From: Deltaproteobacteria bacterium
GTDB taxonomy: Bacteria; Myxococcota_A; UBA9042; PHBI01
DNA: 64,000 nt
NCBI GenBank assembly: GCA_006226565.1
Contig: SBGO01000356.1
Span: forward strand, 748 to 64,747
Direction of reading: 5' to 3'
The position numbers and the translations under genes were made by a program. The notes under the pieces were generated by a model. That model searched no databases. It had not been told where the DNA came from and worked only from the letters and a program-made list of their open reading frames with translations. Within the stretch, counting starts at the first letter, position 1, and each line of letters begins with the position of its first letter. This document shows positions 27,051 to 37,882 of the stretch, piece by piece.

Positions 27051-29828
27051 TCACTCGTCCCCGAGGCGCGTTAGTGCAACATCATAGTAGAGCAACAGTT
27101 GCTCATCCTCGTCCAATAGGCGTTGCGGCAATCGACTGGAGATCGTCTTGATGAGCTTGTAGTCACCTCGTTTCATTGCCGCCGAGAACCCGAGGCGAAT
27201 CGCCTCGCTCCTCACCTCTTTGAGCCGCTTGCTCCCCTGCCGATAGGCATCGAATTCACGCAATAACTGCCGGTTCCGAACCTTCTCGATATCCGCTTGA
27301 TTCTCCGGGTTTGGCACGTACCACCGATTCGTCGCGACGCCCTGCAGCCGAGAATCACTCGTCAACACTGCCCCGGTTGCGTCCACTTCACACTGCTCGA
27401 CCAGAGGACGGAGCGCGGAAGACTGGCGCAAATAGCCGGCGATCTGCGCCGCGATCTTCTCGGTGCTGTCGTGGCAGAGGAAGTTCTCTCTCAATAGCTC
27501 AGACAACTCCAGCGGCCGTTCGTACTTTTGCCACTGGCGAATCTCCCGTATGAAGTCGGGCGAAATCTCCTGATACGTCTGCGGTTTGCGCTGCAGCCGA
27601 TCTCGCAGCCATCGGATGGCACTGGCTTCATCGACTATGAATAGTGATTCTTGTCCGCCATACGAGACCTTCATTCTCGCGCGATCGTACTCAAGAACCT
27701 GAGCGGAAAGGAAGTACATCGAGCCGCGACTGGGGTACCGCTGCGCGAGCCGCTGGAGGAATTCGGCACTTGAGAGGTCGACCGGCACGCCAGCACTTAG
27801 TGATGCCGCTACCCAGCGATCGAATAGAATCGGTGCGGTTCGCTCTTGCACGTCGACCAACTCCCCCCCAATCATTTGGACGACAGGCAGTCGTGCCAGA
27901 TGCTCGTTGATGAAGTCCCACACCGCTTCCGGTCGTTGCGCCGCGCTTCGCACCAGCCCGGCGGTCGCCAGAGAGGGCTTGTAGCACGAGATGACCAGGT
28001 CCTGCTTGACCGCGGTGGCCGTTGTTACGGCGCGGTAGCCCTTGTGCTCCTTCTCCAACGCGGCGACGCTGGCGACGATGAATCCTGCACGTTGAATGGC
28101 AACCTGAATCGCGTTCCATACTTTCGCCTTTGTGTTTGAGAACTCAACCGTCATCCAGGCACCGGGCTTGAGTACTCGGAAACACTCCCGAAAGGACTGC
28201 TCCATCAGGTGTTGATAGGACATGAGCGTCTTGCTGCGAGCTCGGTTCTCGACAGCTTCGAGTTCGTGTGCCGTGCTGCATTGCAGCCACGATTCCCAGA
28301 GGACATTCAGCTCGGAATACTGAATGTTCGCCCCGAAAGGCGGATCTGTGAAGATGTAGTCGACTGAGTTAGCGGGGACCGGCACATCCGTCGCCGAGCC
28401 CGTTGTCACAAAGGAGCTGTGGCTGGGCGCCGTGTGCGGCACAGAGGAGATGCGAAGTCGGAATCGTTCTATGAGATTTGTCTCGATGCTCAGCGAACTC
28501 ACATAGAGCGTTCCCTGGAGGGTCTGCCCGATAACGCCGCCGCGTCTCTGGAAGTAATTCGAGGTCAGGAGTCGGTTCAGCCTCGTGCCCCAAGCGTGCG
28601 TGGAGGTGAACCACATGCCCAGCGCGGGAACTACATCAAGTTGCGCCCAAATGAGCTCCCTCAGTTTGGACAGCACGTGGAGATTTCGCCGGGTGTAGAA
28701 GTGATGGACGTGGGTCAAACCCATGGGGTCGTTTCGCCGTGTTTCCCCTCCCTCTGGCATTCGAGCCACTGGATACCACGAGCGAAGTCGCAGGCTCTCG
28801 ACTCGCCGCAGCGTATCAAGATCCCGTGCGTCAGGCATCTTCTCCAGTCGGCCTGGAATGCCATCCACGACGTAGTTGATGAGAACAGGGACTTGCTTTG
28901 CCTGCCGAACTGTCTCGCCGATCCCATCGTCTACGACAGTCTCGAAGACTCGTTCCAGATGTGCCTTGGTTACCGAGACTCCGCACTTGCTGCACGCGAA
29001 CTCGTCCTTCACGCCACCCGCTTCTGCATCCACCGCCACATCCCAAAAGACGATCTCGTGTGCGCATTCCGGGCACGAGAAGACATCGCTCCACAGCACG
29101 TACTGCACCGTTCCATCGCGTCCATCTGTGTGCTTGGTCTGGTACATCCATGAGAATTCTGCCTCCGCCTGGTTCAGAATCCGAGTCGCGCACTCTTCGA
29201 ACTGTAGCCTGTCAGTTGGTGTGGTGAACTTGTGTGCTATGAACGTGGCCGCAGGAGCAAGGTCCCCGAGAATTGCTTTGCGTTCACCCCACTCGATGGG
29301 ACCAAGGCCACTCTCCCGAAACTCGCTCTCAACTTGGAGCTTGAAGTCCGCATCGACCCCTCCGCAGGCCGATGCGGCTACTCCGGTCATGCCGGTTCCT
29401 GCGAACGGATCGAAAACCACGTCGCCAGGAGATGAGTAGTGGAGAAGGAACCTCATGATCGCCTTGTGAGGTACCTTGGTGTGGTAGGAATGAGCGTTGT
29501 AGATTGGGTCGTTCTTGCCCTCTTTCACGTCGGCAACTAGGGGGGCGACGTGTTTAGGGGCAGCCTTGGTGTAGATCGTCGCCGAGGGAAGGAATGGGTT
29601 GGGGCACGCGGTGAAGTACGGCGGATCCGATAGCTGGAGAATTGCTACATCAGTTGCGACTGGGAACCCGGGGGTCTTACGGAACTCCGGGTCCTGGAGC
29701 TTCTCTCGGAGCTGGTTGAGGAAGTGCGCTCGACGCGCGTCATCGTTCTCAAAGGTCATCCCGAGGCACTCGACGGGGCCGTCGTACGCTTGAGGTTTCG
29801 CAAAGCCAAGATCCTGCTGATTACTCAT
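27051..29828 (-). CDS. pglXI: BREX-3 DNA methyltransferase PglXI
   Basis: PVECLG, LSDPPY.TACPNP, HSYHTKVP, DPFAGTG (motif I), CPEC/CSKC, DYIFTDPPF (motif IV). Confidence 0.9.
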   Translation of the reverse strand: MSNQQDLGFAKPQAYDGPVECLGMTFENDDARRAHFLNQLREKLQDPEFRKTPGFPVATDVAILQLSDPPYFTACPNPFLPSATIYTKAAPKHVAPLVADVKEGKNDPIYNAHSYHTKVPHKAIMRFLLHYSSPGDVVFDPFAGTGMTGVAASACGGVDADFKLQVESEFRESGLGPIEWGERKAILGDLAPAATFIAHKFTTPTDRLQFEECATRILNQAEAEFSWMYQTKHTDGRDGTVQYVLWSDVFSCPECAHEIVFWDVAVDAEAGGVKDEFACSKCGVSVTKAHLERVFETVVDDGIGETVRQAKQVPVLINYVVDGIPGRLEKMPDARDLDTLRRVESLRLRSWYPVARMPEGGETRRNDPMGLTHVHHFYTRRNLHVLSKLRELIWAQLDVVPALGMWFTSTHAWGTRLNRLLTSNYFQRRGGVIGQTLQGTLYVSSLSIETNLIERFRLRISSVPHTAPSHSSFVTTGSATDVPVPANSVDYIFTDPPFGANIQYSELNVLWESWLQCSTAHELEAVENRARSKTLMSYQHLMEQSFRECFRVLKPGAWMTVEFSNTKAKVWNAIQVAIQRAGFIVASVAALEKEHKGYRAVTTATAVKQDLVISCYKPSLATAGLVRSAAQRPEAVWDFINEHLARLPVVQMIGGELVDVQERTAPILFDRWVAASLSAGVPVDLSSAEFLQRLAQRYPSRGSMYFLSAQVLEYDRARMKVSYGGQESLFIVDEASAIRWLRDRLQRKPQTYQEISPDFIREIRQWQKYERPLELSELLRENFLCHDSTEKIAAQIAGYLRQSSALRPLVEQCEVDATGAVLTSDSRLQGVATNRWYVPNPENQADIEKVRNRQLLREFDAYRQGSKRLKEVRSEAIRLGFSAAMKRGDYKLIKTISSRLPQRLLDEDEQLLLYYDVALTRLGDE

Positions 29829-29990
29829 CCCAGATTCGCTCCTAGGTGCTGCACGAGGCGGCGGTCCTTTCAGCCTACTCGACGCGATAGCGGGCGAGCA
29901 CTTCGACCGTCTTGAGGGACGCCGTCACGTGCTCTGATATCGTCCGCCCGACAGGCGAACCGTGCGGTGACGTGCGTAGCCATTCTTGTC

Positions 29991-30142
29991 AGCGTTGTCG
30001 TAGTACATGAGAAGCTTCTCGTCTTCTTGGGTGCACATTGTCGGGGAGCTTCTCGGCGCCCTTGACGAACGTACCGTCGTCACGTTCCTGCCAGCATGCC
30101 TTTGAAGCCCGCCCGCGCCAGTAGTTCCGGCTGACTACTCAT
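29991..30142 (-). pseudogene. Internally deleted, frameshifted relic of another pglXI allele
   Basis: Manual translation MSSQPELLA-RAGFK/ACWQERDDGTFVKGAEKLPDNV/QEDEKLLMYYDNA parallels the intact PglXI start (MSNQQDL) and end (RLGFSAAMKRGDYKLIKTISSRLPQRLLDEDEQLLLYYDVA). Confidence 0.75.
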
Positions 30143-32067
30143 CCCGACTTCTCCCGTAGGTGCGGCGCGAGGCGGTAGTTCGACTCATCGTGATCGATCA
30201 GGACTTGAAGCAGAAGGTAGTCGATCGCCCTGACTAGAGTCTCGAGGTCGAGACCCGTCTGTGACTCAAGGGCCGAGAGGGTAGCATTAGGGGTATTGGC
30301 GACCGCATTCAGCACAGCGGCCTGCTGCTGGGTCAGATGCACTCCTACCCGCGACTTCCATGCACTATCGACGTCGAGTGCGCCTTCCGACCAGTCTAGT
30401 GTTAGTGTGAAGGTGTTCGCGTCCTTGTCGCTCTCAAATACTGGTGACCGTCGCTTGGCCTGCTGGCAGGCGCGGTGGACGGCCCGGATTCCAGAACCCG
30501 ATATCTCGGCAAAGCCGAGCAAACGCAGCGCGCGTGCGATCAGCGGGTTGCGCGATTGGGTCTTGCCTCCGTCGAGCAGCCTATCGGTGGCTACAAGCGA
30601 GTAGCCCATGTTCGAGACGACCATCTTCGTCGCGTGAATCTCGATGTGACCGGCAGCCCTCGTGTCCTGATAGTCTTGGTGCACGGTCTGGTTCACGAAG
30701 ATCTCGCGAAGCGTGAGGTAGTCGAGCGAACCTTCGGTCTTGCGAAGGTCCTCAGGCACCACCTCGCGCATTCCGGTCTGCTCCGCGAAGAATCTCACGG
30801 CACGCTTGAGCGCCTCGAGGATGTTCGCGGATTCGACGATATCTCGCCTCGACGGCCGCATCGTATCGGGGTCAATGACGCGCAGGTCGAGCACGTCCCG
30901 CTGAAGCTCGGATCGAACCGTCGACGGGCGGCCGAAGAGTAGCCTGAGCTGGCGCCGCTCGTCGGGCTCGACGTGACGCCGTCCGTCAAGAAGACGATTG
31001 CCTATCGTCGCATGGGCGTCGGTTGTCCCCGGCTCGAGGAGTCCAGCGAACCACTTGACAGTCGTTGGCTCGAAGGCTTGCCAGTCTACGAGTCCGTCAT
31101 GGCGGCGCCCGCTCTCTTCGATGTGCTCTCGGATGGTCGCCCATTCGCTGGCGAGGTGTCGGCCGTCGATGAGGATGACTGTGTCGGGTACCCGCCGAGC
31201 CCCCGCGAGGAGTTGCCGCGTCGACTCCGCTATGCCGTCGCTCCGGCGCTGCTCACTTCCGTCGAGCGTGCAATAGCGGACCCTCGGTCCGTCAACTGCA
31301 TCAAGGAAGAGCAGCGCGAAGTTCTGCCTGTCTTGATCAATCCCCCAGATCAGCCAGGGGGGAAGCTGAAGGCAACTCTTGTTGACCGCGATGTACGGCG
31401 TGCCGGTCTCCCCGACTCCGCCCGTCTGGTGTTCGACCTTGATGGATTCGGGTGCTGGGTCCGACGACTCACCCATTAGGAGCAGACGACGGACCACGAG
31501 AGCCTCGCGAGTCCACTGCTGGTCTTCGACCACGAAGAGCGGCTTCGAAAGGACTGCTTCGACGCCATCGAGCGCTTCAACGAGGAGCGTCGCAGGGGCC
31601 CTTGTGGCCTCGATCGCGGCGGCCTTGGCCTCATCGAGGTTCCGAAGCTCGTGCCCCAGATCGTTGCGAAGTTCGAGCAGCGAGACCAGCGCGCTATCCG
31701 TCTTGCCTCGCAACGTCTCCTTGTTCCGTTTCGTCACCTTGAAGCCCTGGGCGAGCAAGGGCGCGACGGGATGGTCCCCCTTGGCGCCTGCCACTTCTTG
31801 CACAATCGTCAGGAAGTGGCCGAAGGAGAGGTTGCCGCTTACCTCACTGAGCTTGGCCTCCGTCTCGTCGGCTCGCGACGCAAAGGAAGCCATAGCCACG
31901 GCCGCCAGGTATCGGGTGAGGACCTCGGCGGCCTTGAGACAAGCGTTGACGCGTTCGGCGGCTGTCCGCGCACGCAGGACTCGGCCGCACGCGATCGCTA
32001 CTGGCGTCGGGTAGATGAGGCTGCCACGGCGCAGCGGCCACTGTTCGGCTCCGGACTCTGTCATCAT
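30139..32067 (-). CDS. Accessory protein: HEPN-like N-terminus + HATPase_c_4 (RecG-C-like) domain + wHTH
   Basis: LELRNDLGH (R-x4-H); LREIFVNQTVHQDY, VSNMG, SRNPLIARAL..LGFAE.SGSGI; translationally coupled to brxC. Confidence 0.75.
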   Translation of the reverse strand: MMTESGAEQWPLRRGSLIYPTPVAIACGRVLRARTAAERVNACLKAAEVLTRYLAAVAMASFASRADETEAKLSEVSGNLSFGHFLTIVQEVAGAKGDHPVAPLLAQGFKVTKRNKETLRGKTDSALVSLLELRNDLGHELRNLDEAKAAAIEATRAPATLLVEALDGVEAVLSKPLFVVEDQQWTREALVVRRLLLMGESSDPAPESIKVEHQTGGVGETGTPYIAVNKSCLQLPPWLIWGIDQDRQNFALLFLDAVDGPRVRYCTLDGSEQRRSDGIAESTRQLLAGARRVPDTVILIDGRHLASEWATIREHIEESGRRHDGLVDWQAFEPTTVKWFAGLLEPGTTDAHATIGNRLLDGRRHVEPDERRQLRLLFGRPSTVRSELQRDVLDLRVIDPDTMRPSRRDIVESANILEALKRAVRFFAEQTGMREVVPEDLRKTEGSLDYLTLREIFVNQTVHQDYQDTRAAGHIEIHATKMVVSNMGYSLVATDRLLDGGKTQSRNPLIARALRLLGFAEISGSGIRAVHRACQQAKRRSPVFESDKDANTFTLTLDWSEGALDVDSAWKSRVGVHLTQQQAAVLNAVANTPNATLSALESQTGLDLETLVRAIDYLLLQVLIDHDESNYRLAPHLREKSG

Positions 32068-35000
32068 CAGCGCTCCACGACGACGCGCACGCGGTTGGCG
32101 TCCTTGCCCTTGGTCAGGTCGGCGACGAAGGCAGCGAAGCGCTCTCTTAGTTCGTCGACCGTACAAGGGACGCCACCGTCCGTGAGCGCGGAGCGGAGCC
32201 GCGCTTCGGTCAACACGACCTTCTCGAGCCCGCTCAGGATCTCCTGAATGGCCTTCACGAAGGCAGGGCTCACCGGGTCGGGCAGGCTGTTGCTCTTGAG
32301 GAAAGCCTCGACGGCGTCACGACCTTCACCGGCGCCGACGAGATTGATGTTGCCGGACACCGTCGGGTCCTGGAGGTTTGCGAGCAGCGTATTCGTCCAA
32401 TTCTGCACCAGGTCGTCGAGCTCGGCGTCGAGCTGACCGATCCGGTCCCCCGCCTTCGTTCCCCCACGCATCGGATCGGCAGGCTCCTCGACGGGGCGGA
32501 ACGTGCAGTGCGGACAGATGGGATCGGCGTCGAGGTCTTGCTTCGTGAGGGCGAAACACGTCTTCAAGCCGAAGAGCGCGTTCTGGAGGTCGCGCAGCTG
32601 CTGGGTTGGCATCATCTCAACGGTCGAGAGTAGCTGGAGTTGCTTGAGACGAGGATCCTGCCCGAGACGTGCTTTGCGCTGGTCGTCGGTCGCTCCTAGG
32701 CGCGCCTGCGCGTGGCTCTTGAGGTAGGCGTCCTGGTAGGCCGTCTTGAGCTCAGCCAGCGCCTGCCCGAGGGCACGCTGGAAACTCGAATCGGCGCGGT
32801 GCTTCGGGCTCGTGATCTTGGCCATCAGCTCGCCGCGTCGCTCCCGCATCTGGTCCACCCAGGGGTGGCCAGCCTCGAGCACGGCCTCTGCCTTACCCAG
32901 GTAGGATGTCGTTGGCCCGACTTGCTGTACGAGCTCTCCCAGCTCCTCGACCTCGCGCACCTGCGCGAGCCCATGCCGCTGTGCTTGGATGGCGGCAACG
33001 TCGTGCGGGAAGCTCTTCAGCTTTCCGGCCGTGTTGAACGCCTGGAGCGACTCCAGGAAGCGCTTCAGATCGCCGAGGCGCTGCCGCCACTCGGTCTGCT
33101 CCTGCTCCGAGAGGATGGGCTTGCCCCACAGCACCATGTCGGCGACGTGGGCGTGGGCGAGCACCGTCTTGTTGACCAGCTCGGCGACCTTGCCCTGGAG
33201 CTGGGTCACCGCGTCGTCGCGCTTGGCCGGGTTGACGATCAGCCCCTTGGGCACGCCGAGCAGGTCGAAGAGCTCCTGCAGCGCACCGAGCGGTAGGTCG
33301 CGCGGGCGCTCGATGTGCTTGAACTGCGCGACGTCGTTCACCGAGAGCTTCGCGAACTGGTCGATGGCCCCAGCGTCGATCTTCTTCCCAGTGATGCTCA
33401 TGACCACGTCGCCGCTGTGGACGAGCCCGGCCAGGACCACGGCGAGGAACTCCGGCTCGAGCCGGAAGCGGCTCCAGTAGTCGACCCCGGCCTGCTCCTG
33501 AACCAGCTCGGAGCGGTTGAGCACCTGGCCTTCGCCCTTGGCGCCGAGCTGCTCGATGATGTGCTTCGCGTAGCGAGACTCGCGCGGTCGAAGCTGGTCG
33601 CCGTCGAGCATCTCGAGCGCGTCGAGAACAGCGGCGCCGAGCTTGCTCTTCACGCTCCCGGCGATCCACCGCAGGGCATCCTGCGCCGCCTGCCCGCGGT
33701 TCGCTCGGGTGATGGGCGTGTCGAAGATCGGATAGCCGGGCGCGGTGTCGGTGAAGTGGGTGGACAACGACACCGCCGCCGCGACGTCGACGTAGTCCCG
33801 AACGCCGCCGCGCGATGGGGCGCGAGCGAAGAGTGTCTGGAGCGCCTCGCCCAGGCTTCGGGCCTTGCCCTGGTACGTGACCTCGTAGACGGTGGTCAGC
33901 TTCTCCTGCAGCCAGCGGGTCATGGTCCGCAGGTGCTCGAGCGCCTTGTCGTCGTAGACCTTCTTGTTGCTGCCTGACGCGGTGGCCGACAGCTCGCGCG
34001 CCCCGGCGTAGAGCTTGAGCGCGCGGTCGAACTCCTCGTCCCGGTGCGTCAGCCGGAAGAAGACCTCGTCGGGCTTGCGCTCGTCCTTGAAGTACGGCGC
34101 TTCGAACGGCTGGATGAAGTAGATGTAGAAGTCGCGGGGCGGCTGGGCGGTGGAGCGCTCGTTGGGGGCGCCGAAGAAGAGATAGCCACTGCGGCCCGCC
34201 TTGCGCTCGCGCCACTCCAGCTCGTGCTCCCAGATGCGGTAGCCGGAGACGTAGGGCGGCGCCTCTGGGTCTTCGAGCACGACGCGGCGCAGACCGTCGA
34301 AGTAGTAGCGATCGAGTTGGGAGTCGCTCAGCGACTCCGCGCGCTTCTCGATGAGCGAGTCGAAGTCGATGTCCTTCTTGAGGTCGAGGTAGTACTGGCC
34401 GTTCTCGCGATTGTAGGAAAGGAACTGCCCGCTGACCGTCTTCACGATCTCGCGGAGCACGGTCTCGACGACGGTCTTGAGGAACTCTGCGTCGCGTTCC
34501 GGTAGCGGCAGGAGCACGCATAGGTCGTCGCGGAGCTCCTCGGCGGTCGCGCCAATGGGGGCGAAGATGTCGCTGGTCGTCAGCCGGTGTACCGAGAGCG
34601 CATGGATGATGCGTAGCGCGGCTGGGCGGTACTGCGGCCGCGTGAACGCCTGCTGGATGCGCGCTTCGACGACATCGGCTTTCTCGATGACATCGCGGAT
34701 CTCCGGGACCGAGCGGAACGACGGGTTGTCCTTCAGGCTCAGCCAGTACGAGTCGTAGGCGATGAGGCCAGGCTCGTTGGCGGGTACGGCCTCCGTGAGC
34801 ATCCGGCGGATGGCCGCGCTCAACGTCTTGAGCACCTCGCGCTTCTCTGCGACGTACACCCGCTCGAAGGTGTCGAGGTAGGCCGGGTGCACCGGGAAGA
34901 GGCGGACGAATTCGTCCATCCGCTCGTTCATCGACCCGTAGAGCGGCGCGAACTGGGTCAGATGCTCGCGCACCAGCGCCTGCTGTCTCGCGTCCTTCTT

Positions 35001-35777
35001 GAGAAGCCGCTCGGCGACGACGTGAGCCACATCCTCGCGAGCGATGCGCATCTGCTCGAAGCGGTCCCTGACGCGTCGGAGGCTGTCCGCAGCGAACTGG
35101 AAGCGCGGGTTGTCGAAGAGGCTCTCCTGGACGCCTGCGATGAAGCGGAAGCGCGAGCCTTTGGCGAACTCTCCGACCGCTCGCAGGAAGTTCAGGTTGC
35201 GCATCAGCTCCTGCTCTCGGTTGGAGCGGAGGTAGTCGAGCAGCTCGTCGAGGACGAAGAGGAGCCCCTTGTCGGGGAACTTCGCCGTGAACGCCGCCAT
35301 CATGGAAGCGAACACGTCCTTGTGGTTCCTGACCTGGTCCTCGGGTGGAACGTCGAAGCGCACGCCATGTTCCGACAGGTGGTCCTGGAGCGTCTCCATG
35401 ACGAACTGGCGAAGCGGCATCGCCGAGTTGATTTCCGCGCGGATGACGAAGAAGCGCCCGGCGACGAGCGATGCCTTGTCCGCCACCTTGGGGTTTGTGA
35501 GCGCGTTCGCGAGGTCGGCGTGCTCCGCGATGGCGGAGATGACCGCCATGAGGTGCGACTTGCCGGTGCCGTAGTTGCCGACGACGAGAAGGCCCTTGTT
35601 GTCGGCCGGGGTCTCGAACTGAAGTTGCGGGAGCACGAGGTCTGCGAGCTGCTCGCCCATCCGGTCGGAGATGACGAAGGTCTCGACGAGACGACGAGCG
35701 CTTGCCGCGCGGTCGGCTTCGCGGAGCTGAACGACGGTCTCGATGGGGTCGAACTGAATGAGGTCCGCGTACTTCAT
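32067..35777 (-). CDS. brxC: BREX-3 ATPase BrxC/PglY (DUF6079-like)
   Basis: MKYADLIQFDPIE.VVQL, VGNYGTGKSHLM, LDELLDYL, FPVHP, GYLFFGAPNERSTAQPPRDFY. Confidence 0.9.
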   Translation of the reverse strand: MKYADLIQFDPIETVVQLREADRAASARRLVETFVISDRMGEQLADLVLPQLQFETPADNKGLLVVGNYGTGKSHLMAVISAIAEHADLANALTNPKVADKASLVAGRFFVIRAEINSAMPLRQFVMETLQDHLSEHGVRFDVPPEDQVRNHKDVFASMMAAFTAKFPDKGLLFVLDELLDYLRSNREQELMRNLNFLRAVGEFAKGSRFRFIAGVQESLFDNPRFQFAADSLRRVRDRFEQMRIAREDVAHVVAERLLKKDARQQALVREHLTQFAPLYGSMNERMDEFVRLFPVHPAYLDTFERVYVAEKREVLKTLSAAIRRMLTEAVPANEPGLIAYDSYWLSLKDNPSFRSVPEIRDVIEKADVVEARIQQAFTRPQYRPAALRIIHALSVHRLTTSDIFAPIGATAEELRDDLCVLLPLPERDAEFLKTVVETVLREIVKTVSGQFLSYNRENGQYYLDLKKDIDFDSLIEKRAESLSDSQLDRYYFDGLRRVVLEDPEAPPYVSGYRIWEHELEWRERKAGRSGYLFFGAPNERSTAQPPRDFYIYFIQPFEAPYFKDERKPDEVFFRLTHRDEEFDRALKLYAGARELSATASGSNKKVYDDKALEHLRTMTRWLQEKLTTVYEVTYQGKARSLGEALQTLFARAPSRGGVRDYVDVAAAVSLSTHFTDTAPGYPIFDTPITRANRGQAAQDALRWIAGSVKSKLGAAVLDALEMLDGDQLRPRESRYAKHIIEQLGAKGEGQVLNRSELVQEQAGVDYWSRFRLEPEFLAVVLAGLVHSGDVVMSITGKKIDAGAIDQFAKLSVNDVAQFKHIERPRDLPLGALQELFDLLGVPKGLIVNPAKRDDAVTQLQGKVAELVNKTVLAHAHVADMVLWGKPILSEQEQTEWRQRLGDLKRFLESLQAFNTAGKLKSFPHDVAAIQAQRHGLAQVREVEELGELVQQVGPTTSYLGKAEAVLEAGHPWVDQMRERRGELMAKITSPKHRADSSFQRALGQALAELKTAYQDAYLKSHAQARLGATDDQRKARLGQDPRLKQLQLLSTVEMMPTQQLRDLQNALFGLKTCFALTKQDLDADPICPHCTFRPVEEPADPMRGGTKAGDRIGQLDAELDDLVQNWTNTLLANLQDPTVSGNINLVGAGEGRDAVEAFLKSNSLPDPVSPAFVKAIQEILSGLEKVVLTEARLRSALTDGGVPCTVDELRERFAAFVADLTKGKDANRVRVVVER

Positions 35778-36286
35778 GCCGAGTGCTCCTGGGTCGCCGT
35801 CGTCCCGCTGTTGCCGGGGGGGCCGCTGGAAACGACGAGCGCCTGAGGTTGGTCGTAGCGTCGGAATTCGGGATGGTCGGGAGCCGCGTACGTCAGCAAC
35901 GAGCCCATGTATGCACCGCGCCACGCTGTCACGATGGTGCGGTTGCGCGAGAGGCTCTGAAGGAGGCGTAGCGGATCCTGCTTCAGGTCGGGGTGAAAGA
36001 GCATCTCGATGTTGTCGAGGAGGACGGTGTCGCCGGCCTGTTCCTGGACGATGTCATCGACGAGCCTCGCGACCCGAAGCGCACGCTGCTTCACTGTGAG
36101 CTCGAGCAACCGCTCCGAGAGCGCGAGGTTGATATTCACGAGCGGCCAGCTGTTCGCGCTGTGCAAGTCGCGGAACGCGCTGGTCTTTCCAGAGCGTGGT
36201 GGACCGGCGACGATGACGAGCCGATGGTAGAGCTGACTCGCCTTCTCGACTTGCTCAGCGACTAGGTGTGAAAGCGGCGGCGCCAT
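35774..36286 (-). CDS. brxF: BREX-3 small P-loop protein BrxF
   Basis: LYHRLVIVAGPPRSGKT, INLALSERLL, LLDNIEMLF, DPLRLLQ..SRN, YA.P.HPE; GGAGG RBS. Confidence 0.9.
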   Translation of the reverse strand: MAPPLSHLVAEQVEKASQLYHRLVIVAGPPRSGKTSAFRDLHSANSWPLVNINLALSERLLELTVKQRALRVARLVDDIVQEQAGDTVLLDNIEMLFHPDLKQDPLRLLQSLSRNRTIVTAWRGAYMGSLLTYAAPDHPEFRRYDQPQALVVSSGPPGNSGTTATQEHSA

Positions 36287-36724
36287 GCAGCCTCCTGGTG
36301 TGCCCTGACAGAGGGCGAGATCGCTGCTGGGCGGGGATACGGCGCGGGTTCGCGCCATCGCCGCGACACGTCGTCCGGCTGTCGCATGGGCTCAGGTGGT
36401 GTCCTCACATCTCGCTGTCCACAATCCATCGCAGGCCGTTCTCCGACGCTGGCGACCGTTAGTCTCTATCAATCTGTACCGGCTCACTGTCAACCGAGCC
36501 CGTGAACTGTTCCGGGTCCTTCGAAGACTCTGAGCGTTGGCATGGCTCTGACCATGCGAACCTATTCGGCCGCCGATACGATGAAGGACACGGTTGACGG
36601 TGGTCGCGCGGGTGCCGTGGCGCGGTCGTTCACAAGCTCGGGGGCGGGGCCGACTGCGCGCGGGTGAGCGGCCGCCCAAGGATCGGGAAGCGGCACGTCG
36701 AGCATGGAATCGGGCCAGCGTCGA

Positions 36725-37882
36725 GTACAGTCGAGCTGCTGGGCAGTGGCGTCCTTCTCGACCCGATAGAGCTTGCCGATGAGCTGGATGGGCCAGGCAG
36801 CGCGCGGCTCGGTGTCCTTGAGCTGGAAGAACTTCCTTCGGGCGTGCGCCCAGCACCCGACCTCTGACGCCGAGGCGACCTTGCCGTTGAAGAGCTGGTC
36901 GAAGGTGTTGCTGGCGTCGGCCTGGACGTAGCCGGTCCGGCCGGCGAAGAAGCCCCATGGCCCGTCCTCGCCGGTCCCGGTCTTCGCGTACTCGAAGACG
37001 GTCCAGCGGCGGTCGCCGACGTAGCACCACATCGTGCCGCGACGAATGCCCTCGGGATGGTCGCGGTCGAGGACCTTCAAGCCGCTCGCGTCAGTCTGGA
37101 CGAGGTGTGCCGCATGGACGCGCTCGGTGATGCGGCGGACGAGCGGCTCGACGAGGTCGGCGACCGCGGCGACCTGGTCGCTGAGCGTGGACACTGGGAT
37201 GTTGACGCCACGGCGCGCGTAGATGCCTTGCAGGCGGTGCAGCGGCAGGTGGTCCATGTACTTTGAGCACAGGAGTCCGGGCTCGGCGAAGCCGCCTGGG
37301 ACGACCTTGTCGGGGCCGGCCGCGGTCGTGACCCCGTCCTTGCAGTGCGGGCAGGCGTACTTGGCGACGATGTGCCGCTTGACGATGAACTGAGCGGGCA
37401 CGAGGTCGAGCGTCTCGCTGACGTCTCGTCGCCGATGTGCTGGAGCGCGCCGTGACAGGCCGTGCATGTGCGCCCGCCGGCGTCGACGTCGTAGCGATGC
37501 TCGTCGCGCGACAGGTGCTCGGGGAGCTTGCGCCGCTTGGGCTTCCACTTCGGCGGGCCCTCGTCGGTCGGCACGACGCTGCCGGTGTCGTCCTCGTCGA
37601 CCGGCACGTCTTCGTCGATAGGCTCGCTGCTCTCGTCGCCGCCGGCCTGAGCCAACATCAGCGAGAGCTGGGCGCTGTCGACCTTCTCGCTACGTCGACC
37701 GGCGTTCGCGCGCCGCTCGATGAGGAAGCGCAGCTCCAGCTCCGTCTCGCGGCCCATGGACCGGTGGCGAGCGAGAGCGCGGTCTCGACGACCACTTCGT
37801 CGCGCCCCTCCGAGAGCGCTCCGACGAGCCAGCCCCGCAGCTCGTCCAAGCCCTTCTGCTCTTGGGCGGCGCGGTCAGTCAC
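36725..37882 (-). pseudogene. Frameshifted, truncated IS66-family transposase (tnpC)
   Basis: GRRSEK, RRKLPEHL.R, C..C, KY.DHLPL.R, TDASG, YVQAD, GCWAHARRKF split over several frames. Confidence 0.88.
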
